Shown piece by piece: positions 14,708-29,085 of a stretch of DNA of 63,813 bases. The notes under the pieces are model-generated. The model was not told where the DNA came from. It did not search any database and saw only the letters and a list, made by a program, of their open reading frames with translations. The stretch covers positions 1 through 63,813 of the forward strand of contig CAXHJY010001636.1 in the NCBI GenBank assembly GCA_964016885.1. Direction: 5' to 3'. This DNA is from Eledone cirrhosa. Its lineage: Eukaryota. Both the position numbers and the translations under genes were made by a program. Within the stretch, counting starts at the first letter, position 1; every line of letters begins with the position of its first letter.

Positions 14708-14870
14708 GTAGGAGGTGAGTTTTATTGTAGTACAATAAAGCAATGCAGATATCGGATAAGAAGCACTCTACAGTTTGTAGGACTGGAGTATACATAATAT
14801 ATATATGATATGTTGATTTAAAACTGCACTATTCACAAGTGTTTTTTAACCTTCATATCATGTCTTCCTA

Positions 14871-14940
14871 TTTTATCTGATGAAAACACAAATATTATTG
14901 CATGATGATATTTGTTTTTGAAATGCGCATAATAAAATAC
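14871..14940 (+). ncRNA. Degenerate hammerhead ribozyme with a long stem II (Penelope-type)
   Basis: ttttat-CTGATGA-aaac-ACAAATATTATT-gcat-GATGATATTTGT-tttt-GAAA-TGCGC-ataa. Confidence 0.55.
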
Positions 14941-14967
14941 ATGGAACTCTTTTAACCATCTTTTGAT

Positions 14968-15040
<73 letters not shown>

Positions 15041-16594
15041 TATTGATGTTTCAAATTGAATTAAATAAGTTTGATATTTGATATTTGATAAGGTGCAAAT
15101 AAAATCATATACAAATAAAATCATATATATGCATCTGTCCGCTCATTTCTTTAGTAATACACACCATGCTCACTAGCAAACCTGGCATTTTTATCTCTTT
15201 CTATGTAGTTCATTGTATAATGGTCTTTCATGCTTCATATTATTGTATTTTGAAAGAAAAATATAAAACATATTTGCCATTTAGAAAATATACAAAACGA
15301 GTTGTGTTTTGTCTCAACTTAGTTTTTCTATTAAGGCAATAGTTTATACTTCCTTTTCTTTTTACATTTGTATTCTCATCGCAGTATTAAATTTATAAAC
15401 AAAGAACCAAACATTGCTAAAAGTGAAAAACAAACGTATAAAAACTATAACATCAAACGGCTAAGACTACTTGAACTTTTCATGTAGCTGTTGGCATATT
15501 TGTCGGTGTATCTCTCTATTTGATGTGTTGAAAAAACAAACTGCAAACCAACAACAAAAATCCATCTTATTTCTTGAAATAAACGACCACTGAGAGATAT
15601 CAGGCGTTTGATTCTTAACAAGATATATATATATATTTTTTACTTGAATTTTTTATTCGCTCATTATATTTTAGCCTTTATTTTATATATGCCGTGTAAT
15701 ATTGTTTATATCTTGCATCGTTAATATGCTGTGCTTCACGCGGAGACAATCCACACCAATAAACATACATTATATATATGTATATGTATATATATTTACA
15801 TATATATACATATATAATCTTGTTTGTGTATCTACCAAACATCAAGCCAACAATCTCCCTTTCTGGAGAAGACGTCTGTTGTTTCAGCCGCTTTGTTTTT
15901 CTGAGAGAGAGAGAGAGAATATCATTAATTTACACGAGGACATAGGAAGGAGTGGAAAAGAGAATCAAATGAAAGTAGAGAAAATAGGACATAGAACGGA
16001 GTATAAAAGTAAGAGAAAAGAAAGAAAATTGCTTAGATTGACAAAGTATTGGAATAAAAGAATAATAGCTTATGAGAATGGACTGTAATTTGTCATCACC
16101 AAACTACAAATCAAACCGATTTATTCCAGAAAACTATTGTCTTAATTGTAACTTTTATACAAAAAATCAGTTCCTTCGAGTCTGTATATTAACGTCAACA
16201 TTGATCATCGCTTTTCGTTTTTCTTGATCGCCTGTTTGTCTTTATACTCTGACATCTTGTTTTTTAAACTACCCACACCAATTTTTCCATTTCTCTCTCT
16301 CTCTACCCTCCCCCTCTCTTCCCTTTCTCTTTCTCTTACCTTTCTCTCTCTCTCCCCTTTTCTCTCCTCTTTCCGACACACTCATTGTGGACATCATATA
16401 TAAAACTACAACATAAGCGATACGTACCAAACAAAACGATACATATGAATGATGTGTATGAACACACATACAAACATATATGTATATATGTATGATATCA
16501 TATAATATACATACGTATGTGCGTGTGTGTATACGTGTGTAAGCGTGTGTGTGTGTATGTGTATTCATATACACACACTCACACACATACACAG

Positions 16595-16626
<32 letters not shown>

Positions 16627-17004
16627 GCACACACATATATATATGTGTACACACACAAACGCAATGCAATATAATTGGGCCAATGTTTGCAATGTCTGTT
16701 AGGTAAATTGATTGATCTATATATTTTCGTAAATAGTCGATATTTTCGCCTTCATTTTTGATCAATCAAATGCATCAATGTTGAAATAAAGATGTATATA
16801 TTGCCTTGGACTTTTCGCAATGCGACAACACAGGGGGAATGTGACATCAAATCAGTAATATCACTCAACACCCAACATTTCTTTGTCACATAATTATATA
16901 TGTTAACACTGTGATTACTAAAACAGTTGCATTTCGAATTTTTTCTAGTTTTTTTTTTTATTAATTTCCTATAGTTATTTTTTAGTTGGTTCTACATATG
17001 GTTT

Positions 17005-18040
<1,036 letters not shown>

Positions 18041-18074
18041 ATACATACATACATACATACATACATACATACAT

Positions 18075-18107
<33 letters not shown>

Positions 18108-18264
18108 ACCCACACACACATATATAAATAAATCAGAATGGATGCAGTAAAAACAGTTAGACCATTACTCACCAGAGTATTCGATACTTGGGATAGTAGG
18201 GTAGGTAATATGACGGATTCGAGACCCCGACGGCTCAGCTCCTGCTCTTAGGGTCTCGAATCCG

Positions 18265-18303
<39 letters not shown>

Positions 18304-18315
18304 CAGTATATATAT

Positions 18316-18407
<92 letters not shown>

Positions 18408-18447
18408 TAAACCCCAAAACCCAAATCAAAGAAAGTAGGGACACCCA

Positions 18448-20000
18448 GTCATATGAAAACTGCCATTTTGCAGACATCCGGACATGTCCTTGGGTCCACC
18501 ACAGACAAGAAAAAAAACTGGTTTGACGAAAACAAGGAAATTCAAGAATTGTTGGTGAAAATCAGATCCACCCAACAGGCTCACTTAGCTCATCCATCTT
18601 GTCCTGTGGAGAAAGCTGCATTCCGCTGTCTACACGTTAACCTCCAGCCTAAGCTTAGAGAGACTCTGAACAAGTGATGGACCAACCTCGCTAAGAAAAC
18701 TCAGCAGTGCCCATATGCCAGGGACACCTGTATGGCCCTGCATATCAGGTCACGCGTCCTTTGTGTGGTGCATGTGGCCAGGTGCTCCTCACTGAGAGAG
18801 CATCCATCTTAAGCCGTTAGTCAGAACATTTCTAGGCACTCTTCAGGGCTAACCTCACTGTCCACTAATCAGCAATTCCCTGCATTCTCCAACAACCAGT
18901 AGAAGCAAAACTGGATGAGTTACTCCCCCATTAAAGAGACCCCAAAGCCATAGAGCAGCTAAGGAGTGCTCAAGCAGCAATTCCACCTGAGATTTGGAAG
19001 CTTGGGGTCATAGTATTCCATGCGAAACTCCACGAGGTCTCCGTATGTTGCTGGGAGCAGGGCACTCTGCCACAAGGAGAACAAAGGGGAAAAGACAGAT
19101 TGCTCAAATTACTGGAGGATTATTCTGCTGTTAGTCGCGCGAAAATTCTCTCAAGAATGCTGCGGGATAGGCTGGTATCTACCATCTCAGAAGAACACAC
19201 CCTAGAACACTAGTGGTGCTTCAGAGTTGACAGGAGCACAACAGATATGGTGTTTTTCCTCAGGTAGCCCCATCAAAAGTTCAGGGAGCAAAATATAGTA
19301 CTGTATGTGGCGTTTGTTCTTGACTGATGCATTCGACCCAGAAAAGGAATGTGGCAGATCATGGAACGCCTCGGTTGTCCCCCAAAGTTCTTGAATATGG
19401 TCATCCAAGTGCATGAAGAATAGCTTGGCCAAGTCAAAGTCAGCAGCGACCTCTCAAGGCCCTTCCCGATTATCAACAGAGTGAAGCAGGGTTGCGTCCG
19501 GCAGCAACTCTCTTTACTATCTTCTTCAGAATGAAGCTTAAGCAGGCCACAGAAGATCTTGATAACGAGGACGGGTTCTTCATCAGATACCGCGTTGATG
19601 GCAGCCTGTATAATCCTCGTCGACTCCAGACCCAATGGAAGACCCTGGAGCAACTGATTCGAAACTTCCTATTTGTCGACGATGCTTTTCTTGTTGCTCA
19701 CACAGAAGAGACTTGCAGCGCATCACTTCCTGTTTCGCCGAGGCTACCTAGTTCTCTGAGCTGGAAGTCAGCCTAAAGAAAACAGAAGTACTCCACCAGC
19801 CTGCACTCCATGAAGGGTAACGCCTTCCATATCACCATTGGTGAGACTGAAGTGAAAGCGGTCCATCGGTTCACGAACCTGGGGTTTATTATCATGTCAG
19901 GACCCCAGGATCTACTGGGAAATCGGTAATAGAGTAGCAAAGGTGAGCAGTGCATTTGGCAGACTGTACAAACAGACGTGGAACAATAACACCTGAAGTA
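18448..20000 (+). mobile_element. Decayed RTE-clade LINE (linker plus reverse transcriptase)
   Basis: 'WFDENKEIQELL', 'KGEKTDCSNYWRIILL', 'VKQGCV', 'RYRVDGSLYNPRRL' and 'LFVDDAFLVAHTE', with many stops and frameshifts. Confidence 0.9.
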
Positions 20001-20021
20001 GAAATCATTATTGAAGGCAAT

Positions 20022-20643
20022 GGATAGGCCGTATCAGTAAAGGCTCGGACAACGTGCTTTGCAGTATATAGTTATGTCACTTAACGTTCTGAGTTCAGAT
20101 TCCATCGAGGTTGGCTTTGCCTTTCATTTTTACGGAGTCGATAAAATAAAGTACCACTAACTTACTGGGCTCAATCTAAGCGATCACTCCCCCCAAATAA
20201 ATTGTTGGTTATATGCCTTAATCAGAAACTATTATTATTATTTGATAGGGTGGTGGATTGGCAGTATCGGTAGAGGGTCGGACTCCATGCTTTGACGCAT
20301 AGAGTTACGGCCCTTGCCATTCTGAGTTCAAATCCCGCCGAGGTTAACTTTGCCTTTCATCCTTACGGGGTCGATAAAATAAAGTACCAGTAATGCACTG
20401 GGATAATTGCTGACCTTGGGCCAAAAGTAGAAACAATTATTATTAGGGGGTGAATTGGCAGTATCGGTAGAGGGTCGGACACCATGCTTTGACGCATAGA
20501 GTTACGGCCCTTGCCATTCTGAGTTCAAATTCCGTTGCGGTTAACTTTGCCTTTCATCCTTACGGTGTCGATCAAATAAAGTACCAGTAATGCACTGGGA
20601 TAATTGCTGGCCTTGTGCCAAAAGAAGAAACAATTATTATTAT
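20022..20643 (+). mobile_element. Three head-to-tail tRNA-derived SINEs with a Meta/MESC-like central domain and (ATT)n tails
   Basis: A box TGGCAGTATCGG, B box GAGTTCAAATCC, core 'GCCTTTCATCCTTACGGGGTCGATAAAATAAAGTACCAG'; copies at about 20022-20241, 20248-20444 and 20445-20643. The domain name is from recall. Confidence 0.88.
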
Positions 20644-21460
20644 TTGTTTGTATGATCGTGTATCGAGAGGTATGTAAATATTCTCTTTGTTTGTTGATTA
20701 TTCAGCATGCTATACATGTTTGTTGGATATGTTATATTATTTTGTGGAACAACCGACAAGGATCCTGGAGAGACATTCCTGTTTCCTGTATCTGTAGCTC
20801 TTAAGAGTTAAATCTGTGGTTGTTTCTCATACACACCCCAATAACTATAAAAAAAACATGGCAAACTAAAAACAGTTATCCGCAAAAAGGATCAGAGGGG
20901 TGTTCACAGAATGGATTGCCAAAGTGTTCAACGAAATATCAAGAAAACCACAACTTCTACTCAAAAATCAGGTAAAACGAGTGAAAATGAAAACATTTAT
21001 TTCCCTTGAGAAAAACAAAACAAAAAAACTGATGTCGACAGCAAATGCCAAAAACTTATATATTCAGAAAACAATTATACCACCCAGCCCACACACAAAT
21101 AAATCGCACAGTTTCACGTAAACAAATTACTCTAATAGAGCAAAACACGTACACCAACCAATTGTCAAAAACTAATTTTACTCTTTTTTTATTTATTCTA
21201 ATTTGTTTCCTTTCTTGGCCTTAATATTTTACTAATGTTTAACGCATCGCTCTCCGGCTAATCCATGTAAATTTTTTACATTATTCACGATGATTTTCGC
21301 TATATTTCTGTCCCTTCTTGAACTGGTGTATTTATGAAAAATATATCACGGATCCGTTATATATTGTTACAGAAGTTTAGTATAGCATATACATTACTTG
21401 TTATGCGATAAACAGCAGTCACATCCTTTCGTCTCTTACATCACCCACTATCTCCCTCCC

Positions 21461-21523
<63 letters not shown>

Positions 21524-21527
<4 letters not shown>

Positions 21528-21578
21528 CAGATTAAAGTTTAAGCAAAGAATCGCTGCTTTCACCCTTAACGGGATCTT
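21524..21578 (-). repeat. Short Penelope-type end remnant with a truncated hammerhead; a second copy lies at about 56263-56296
   Basis: Shared 'ataaca(g/a)attaaagtttaagcaaagaatcgct'; the minus strand here has AAGA-tCCC-gttaa-GGG-t-GAAAGC. Confidence 0.45.
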
Positions 21579-21645
21579 ATATATTTGATATATATTTATC
21601 CTTATAGAGCTCTCTTTGGATTTTAGTCTTCAAATTTATTATTAT

Positions 21646-21695
<50 letters not shown>

Positions 21696-21698
21696 GTT

Positions 21699-22780
21699 AT
21701 TAATAAATGGAAACTATATTTATAAAACCATATTTATTTCATTATACATATTTCAGGGATACCAAATTAAAATATGGTATGCCTTCAGACAAAATACAAT
21801 ATATAAACAGTTTTATAAATAATTTTGACGTACCCTATTAAATGCAACCATTATTTTTGGAAGCTGTCTGGATAGTGAAATGTTTATTATTTTATTAGTT
21901 ATAGTGTTAAGCACAATTAGAAAAAGACGGAGAGAAAGAAAGAAAAGACGGAGAGAGAGAAGGAGAGAGAAAGAAGTGTGTCTATATTATTGGCTTGAGT
22001 AGACATAATTTCTATTTTCAGGACGTACATATGTGTGTATATATATATACATATTTGTATCCTGATTTTTATAAATAGGGTACTTTTTTGAAGGATTTAA
22101 CTCAGATTTTGGTATATTGATCTCAGGTTTTTAAACTAAACATATGGTCATTATTGAACAATGTTATTTTCTCATATTCTATATCTATGTCCCATTCATG
22201 AATATTGATATTTATATTTTTATTATTCATTTCATATAAATTGTTAACTCAACTTAATATGACATGACGTAAAGTTGTCACTATCTCCCCCTCTCTCTAT
22301 ATAGTATTTTCTCTCTCTCTTGAGTTTTTCTATCTGTATGATGACTTATTATCTCTTTCTTATTGTTGCTTTCCTTTGTTTTTCTTATTTCTTCCTTTTA
22401 TCTTTCTTTTTATTTCCTCCTATCTATTTATCTCTTTCTTTTCTACATACATTTCTCTCTCTCTCCGATATTTCTCCAGGTTTTCTTTTTCTCTCTCTCC
22501 TTCTTTCTCTTTCATTCTCTCTCTCCGTCTTTTCTTTCTTTCTCTCCGTCTTTTTCTAATTGTGCTTAACACTATAACAAATAAAATAATAAACATTTCA
22601 CTATCCAGACAGCTTCCAAAAATAATGGTTGCATTTAATAGGGTACGTCAAAATTATTTATAAAACTGTTTATATATTGTATTTTGTCTGATGAAGGCAT
22701 ACCATATTTTAATTTGGTATCCCTGAAATATGTATAATGAAATAAATATGGTTTTATAAATATAGTTTCCATTTATTAAT
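21699..22780. mobile_element. Penelope-like element remnant with an inverted pseudo-LTR (about 280-bp inverted repeat, 21699-21975 / 22500-22780)
   Basis: Near-identical inverted arms around a spacer of about 520 bp; the right arm contains a complete hammerhead motif. Confidence 0.7.
22680..22744 (+). ncRNA. Type I hammerhead ribozyme, apparently complete
   Basis: Stem I tattttgt / atgaaata; CTGATGA; stem II AGGcATACCA...TGGTATcCCT; GAA; near-palindromic stem III ATATGTAT; cleavage triplet ATA. Confidence 0.7.
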
Positions 22781-22899
22781 ATTGGTTATCTACTCCAAAA
22801 TCTTGTCGAGTGCTTTATATCAGTTATAAAATATTTACTTGTTGTATCCCAACAATTTTAAAGAGAACTTTTGCATATATATATATATATATTTATATG

Positions 22900-23047
<148 letters not shown>

Positions 23048-23116
23048 TGTGTGTGTGTATATATATATGAAATATATATATGAAACTACTTCGCATTTTC
23101 TTATTCTATGTAAATG

Positions 23117-23250
23117 AAGGCGTGTGTCTGGATGGTAAGAGAATTGGATTCACAATCATGGGATTGTGAGTTCGATTCATTGACCGGGCAACCGGGCAAT
23201 GGGTTATGTCCTTGAGCAAGAGACTTTAGTTCACATTACTTCTCCTATCT
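23117..23250 (+). mobile_element. Old tRNA-derived SINE with a CORE/V-like segment
   Basis: B-box-like GAGTTCGATTC followed by 'tgtccttgagcaagagactttagttcac'. Confidence 0.5.
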
Positions 23251-23610
23251 AGAGTTGCGACCGATAGATAGTATTAGCAATTGGAAAGACCAATGGAAAC
23301 ATTGTTTCCTCTGTCCGATTTAACGAAAGTCGATCGAATGTCGATACGATATATATATATGAAACAATTATTAACTCACTTGAAAGAAGATCCACTCGTT
23401 GGGCGCCTAATCAAAAGAAACGGTCTCCCTTCACAACAAAGCCAAACACGACGGTTAACGAGAACCCGAACCATCCAACAGGTTCACAAGTAAGTAAGAG
23501 GTTAATTCTAAAACTGAACCACATGTTGATGCTTGTCAAAAGAACAAAAAACAATGGAGTGCAATAAAAACCACGCCAATAATCAAATGACCAATCAAAC
23601 TACCGAACAG

Positions 23611-23672
<62 letters not shown>

Positions 23673-23698
23673 TCTCTCCCTCTCTACCTCTCCCCCTT

Positions 23699-23733
<35 letters not shown>

Positions 23734-23987
23734 CTCTCTTCCTTTCTCTCTCTCTCTCTCTCCCTCTCCCCCTTTCTCTCTCTCTCTCTCTCTCTCTCAT
23801 TCTCTCTCTCTCACTCTCCCTCTCTCTACCGATAAATAGCTACCATAATATTAAGTGTATTTTAACTTCACCGATGAGTACCTTTAATTGAAAGTAACTT
23901 TAGGTCTATTGAAATAATTCAGTTCTTTAACTGACACCCATATAACAAACAATATGACTTTCTCACACAAGTATTGAACACTTTACA

Positions 23988-24245
23988 TTCTTCTTCTTCT
24001 TTTCGTATCTTCGAAGTAAGTGGTTATATGACCGATTCACATTTCTTTACACAGTCCTATTGAATTCTGCGAGATATTTTAAGGTGCACTGGTTAGGTAG
24101 TAGAGGGCAAACAAGGCAGTGCTGCATCGTATGGTCCGCCTCGCCACATTCGCAGATGGTTGGGCCGGTCTTGTTGCCCCATCTGGCTATAGCAGCTTTT
24201 GATCGCCCCATTCCTGTTCTCAGGCGGTTGAGTGTCTTTCACTTT
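23988..24245 (-). mobile_element. Vingi/Ingi-type LINE 3' fragment
   Basis: Minus-strand 'LNRLRTGMGRSKAAIARWG...CECGEADHTMQHCLVCP' (C-terminal CCHC), ending in GATACGAAAAGAAGAAG. Confidence 0.65.
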
Positions 24246-24280
24246 ACATTTATGCAAACACACACACACACACACACACA

Positions 24281-24311
<31 letters not shown>

Positions 24312-24775
24312 GGGGTGGGATTAAGGTGCTTGCTCCAGCATAGCTGTATACATACTTGCAAGTAGTTTGCTTATCGAATAATATCCGATATGTTTACGTA
24401 TAAACATTTGACAGCATTTAGCTATGAAGTTTTGATGGTGATGAGTGGCGTCATCTATCTTGTTCCAGTAGAAGCAGGGGGAGGCAAGTGACATCTGTTT
24501 CTGGCTCTGCGGCCGTTGTCAAGGTCACACACCCCTCCATCGCCTCATGCCGAAACTCAAATAAGCCGCAAACATATAGTTGTAACACATGTATATGTGG
24601 TGATTAGTTTAATTTGCACGCGGAGATTTGGGCTGGCTCGGCCTGAATAAGAAATAAAATTAAGGTATTCGATATACAAAGTTTAAATACATACACATTA
24701 ATACATGCCTATATACATACATATGCATACATATATGCACACACACACACGCACACACACACACACACACACACG

Positions 24776-24815
<40 letters not shown>

Positions 24816-24816
24816 C

Positions 24817-25197
24817 TGGTAAACGGAATAGAAAATGCTGACAAATTGTTCACAGTTGAAAAATGGTTTAATTAGGAATAAAAGAGTATTAGTGATTGTA
24901 TGGGTTAGTATTCAGTTGTGGTTTTAAGTTTTTAAGTTTTTACCGGTTGCGCATTTCTAAATGCTTTTCAAAAATAATTTTGAGATAGAGTGTCCGTGCT
25001 GTTTGCTCTGATCTGCACGGACACTCTATCTCAAAATTATTTTTGAAAAGCATTTAGAAATGCGCAACCGGTAAAAACTTAAAAACTTAAAACCACAACT
25101 GAATACTAACCCATACAATCACTAATACTCTTTTATTCCTAATTAAACCATTTTTCAACTGTGAACAATTTGTCAGCATTTTCTATTCCGTTTACCA
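24817..25197. repeat. Perfect palindrome: 183-bp arms with a 15-bp spacer
   Basis: 24817-24999 is the reverse complement of 25015-25197; flanked by TA-rich runs. Confidence 0.95.
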
Positions 25198-25422
25198 ATA
25201 TATAATAACTTGTGTGTTACACCTCTATTCTTTTAACTATATATATATATATATATATATATAACGAAAGAAATGTGGTAAGGAACCAGATGGACCATAA
25301 CGCACCAAAGTACTCAATACTTAGGGTAGTAATGAACATTTTTTATGAGGAGAAAATTGTTCATTTAGTCCAGAATTAGCCGTCTAAACGGCTTGAGCTC
25401 AGCCGTCGGGGTCCTACTCCTT

Positions 25423-25530
<108 letters not shown>

Positions 25531-26061
25531 AGTATATATATATATATATATATATATACGCATACACATACATATTCATACATACAAACACACATACACA
25601 CAAACGTATTTGTGTGTGTAGATACATAGATAAATAAAATAAATGTATGTTCACAAATATTCAAAGTCATTGGCTAATTTCTTTGTTAGTGTTTGTCTCA
25701 TTTATTATGTTTTTATTTTTATTTGCTACACTCCCGTGAACTAAAAGTACGTTTTATTTGCTGGATGCACGAACGCCAATCTAATATATTATAGCAAAGG
25801 TTGTACTGAGGTCGATATAGAGGTGAGTGACAAAAGTAATTCATCTTATTGGATATAGAGATGAAGAAAAATATAAATAAAATATAAAGAACAAAACACA
25901 CAACTAAATCATAATCAAGTTTTATGGGCTTCAAAATATATTCCCACGTGTAAAACTTATGCCACCATCTATGGAAATCAAACGAAAGCAATTGACGGGA
26001 AATGATGCTTAGACATGAGAGAAGTTTTTCTATATAATATAACAGTTGTGTTTTTATAGTG

Positions 26062-26175
26062 GACGCCGCATGACTGAATGGTTAAGAAGTTTGCTTCGCT
26101 ATCATTAGATCCCAGTTCAATCCTACAACGTGGCTTCTTATGCAAAATACATTTACTATAGTTTCGAATCGATGT
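26062..26175 (+). mobile_element. Diverged octopus tRNA-derived SINE head (OK/OR-like)
   Basis: 'tgactgaatggttaagaagtttgctt...cccagttcaatcctacaacgtggc...actatag' carries A/B boxes; family assignment is from recall. Confidence 0.5.
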
Positions 26176-26194
26176 CTTCTAAAATTGGCAGTTC

Positions 26195-28035
26195 TGTGAG
26201 CTGTGGAGCGGTGGCGCTGCGGAAAAAAAGACTGAACGAACAAATGGGACGCTATTGACAATTTTAGGCCCATAACTCTGTTAAGTGCAAAGTTAAAAAC
26301 CTTAGACCAAGGTGTTGGTGGCGAGGTTGGCGCAAACATGCGCTATACCGATTAGATCCATCCACGACAACTTCCACCTCACGCGAGACATCATTAGAGA
26401 GGGTGGCTAAGCAACGCAGCACAGGTGGAGTCCTGATCGACTGATCAATCGAAATCATTCCATAAGGTGGACCATCAGTACCTAGCGGTGGTTCTCAAAA
26501 TAGGCGGCCTCGGGTCAGTTTCAGAGACTGGATCGCTGCAATGCACAGCGACATCTGCAATGAACAGTCACCTTTCGAAAGCGTTCAACCTCATGCGCTC
26601 TCTCCGCCAAGGTTTTCCTCTCCCGTGCCTTTTGTATGTATAGGCTATCGAGCCATTACTCCCAAATTATTGAGGGGCACCCCACACAAACTAGCATGTG
26701 TGAGATCCGTGTCAGCACATGCTGACGACGTCGCCATAATCGTGCCGAATACCAAAGCCATGGTGTCACTCTCAGGGAGTACGAAGGGGCAACAGGAACA
26801 AGAATTAACCAGGAAATGTCGGTGGGACTACAGCTCGGCACATGGAAAGGCAGGTCCATGCCGTCCAACAGCATTAACCGGTGCTTGACAGAAGAACCGG
26901 TTAAACATCCTGGGGTCTGTGTCCGTTCGGACCTCCAAATGGACAAAATCAGGGACGAAAGAACGAACTAGGTGGCCTCGCTCATCCAGAAACTAGCCAA
27001 GAGGAAGCTATCTCTAAGTGTGGCGAACGCGTTTATCACATCCGATATCTACTACTGACTGACGGTCATGCTTTGCCCTGGTCTACGTCTGATTGTACTG
27101 GAGCGTTTGATCTTTCACTATTTGTTGAAATGGTCAAGCGGTCCATTTGCTACCAACACCCGCTGATTGGAGGACTGGGCATGCCGTATTTGATGATGCG
27201 CAAAAATGCGCTCAGGCTACGTTATCTCCTGCTTTACCTCGATGGTAAAGAGATGTAGCCACCGTTTGTTAGACGAAGTTTTCCACAGCTCATCTCCTTG
27301 ACAGAGCAGCAATCCTGGGTCAAGCAAAGACTGAGAGGGAGTGCTTGGAAACTGAAATGTCTGCAAGTACTCACAGCCCTCAGTCAATCGGGTAGTGCGA
27401 TCGGTATTTTCTCCAACTCGGCCTTCTACAGAGATTTATTGGTTGGTAAACGACGATGTTCTTGGGGAGATACTGGGGGTCGTCCAAAATCAACTGGCCA
27501 CTCTTTTCCATAGGTCTTTCAGTCATGGGGCCATGGATAATTTCCAGAAATTCCTGGCCTAGCATTGGTACGGAAGAACTTTGCCAGTTCAAGATAAACG
27601 TTGTGTGGTAGACGCACTTGAAAGGTTTGAAGAGAAGCACTTTCCTGTTCGGCGGAGCCCCAATTAAGTTTCTTAGGTTTCAATTGAAGAGATGAATGAC
27701 GGAGAATAATGAAATTCTGCCTTGCAGCCGGTTTGTTGAAAGGTGGGTGAGAGTGGCGAGCGTGGCGAGCGTAGCTTGCTCTGAATATGCGCTTGTGAAT
27801 TAGAGGTTACTGTGGCTTCTTGTGGGCTTCCTCCTCGAGTGATCATCAGAGGTATCGCACTTTTGGGGAATTTCTGTTTTTAATTTTTTAAATTTTTGTT
27901 TTTTCAGTCTTTGTTATACACCTTTCTCACATAAAAAGTTCATCACTGTACCGTTATGTGCTGTATTTATTGTCCTCTTAATGTAAGCCCTGTATGTCTA
28001 ATAAAGAAACCATTATTCTTATTAATATTATTATT
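26195..28035 (+). mobile_element. Old, decayed Tx1-clade element (RT to 3' end) with an (ATT)n tail
   Basis: Homologous to array ORF2: 'NFRPITLL', 'SAHADDV', 'KRSICYQHPLIGGLGMPYLMMRKNALRLR', 'GPMDNFQK', 'FVERWVRVA'; ends in ...aataaagaaac-cattattcttattaatattattatt. Confidence 0.9.
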
Positions 28036-28514
28036 GTTCTTATATCCCTATATATAAACCAGGGAAATACACATAAACCTGTATATATTACACGAGGGAA
28101 AATATAAACATTGTGACTAATATACGAGACAATTTAAAACCAAATATAACGAAACAACGCGTCCATTTATTACTATTGGCTGTTCTAAGCTAAAAGATCT
28201 TAGACAGTGGTCATCTTAATGTACAACTTATGTCTACATTTATAGGTGATTATTTGAAACATTTGCATTTTTCAAAGCTCTACAGTTCCATAGCTACGAC
28301 AGTTTATGGTGATATTTATCTTTCATAAAACCATTAATTTTCCATATATATTGTTCATAATGAAAGTAGAGTTCTCTTCTTTTCCTTCATCTAGACGTCA
28401 GGTCACCCCACCATCACCACCACCACCACACACACACATACACACGCGCGCACACTTACACATATATATATACATATATATCTATCATATATACACACAA
28501 ACATACACACACAA

Positions 28515-28567
<53 letters not shown>

Positions 28568-28582
28568 ATATATATGTATATA

Positions 28583-28708
<126 letters not shown>

Positions 28709-28749
28709 CAAAATATTAATAAATGGATACATTCACATAATCAAAATAT

Positions 28750-28816
28750 ATGTCTTACTATATATATTTCGGAGGTACTGTACTGTTTTTCAGTACGTCC
28801 TCATCAGATAAAATAC
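28750..28816 (-). ncRNA. Type I hammerhead ribozyme (same family as 22680)
   Basis: Minus strand gtattttat-CTGATGA-GGAcGTACTG-aaaaa-CAGTAC..TCC-GAA-ATATATAT-A-gtaagacat; stem I pairs with G-U wobbles. Confidence 0.7.
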
Positions 28817-28871
28817 ATAAATTGATGTATAACATACCTCAACTGTGCTGATGGTTCAATTCCAGTCTTGG

Positions 28872-28952
<81 letters not shown>

Positions 28953-29046
28953 TTATAAAATATACATATATGTATATATATATATATATACATATATAGA
29001 CACATATTTCTCTCTATATCTATCTATCTAAATATATGTATATATG

Positions 29047-29085
<39 letters not shown>

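Noticed and set aside
18224-18264. Strong hairpin GGATTCGAGACCC...GGGTCTCGAATCC as a terminator or ribozyme
   Set aside because: No catalytic core is recognisable; it is probably part of a short repeat related to 25300-25420.
20248-20345. tRNA gene suggested by A and B boxes
   Set aside because: No cloverleaf; the boxes are the head of a multi-copy SINE with a body and tail.
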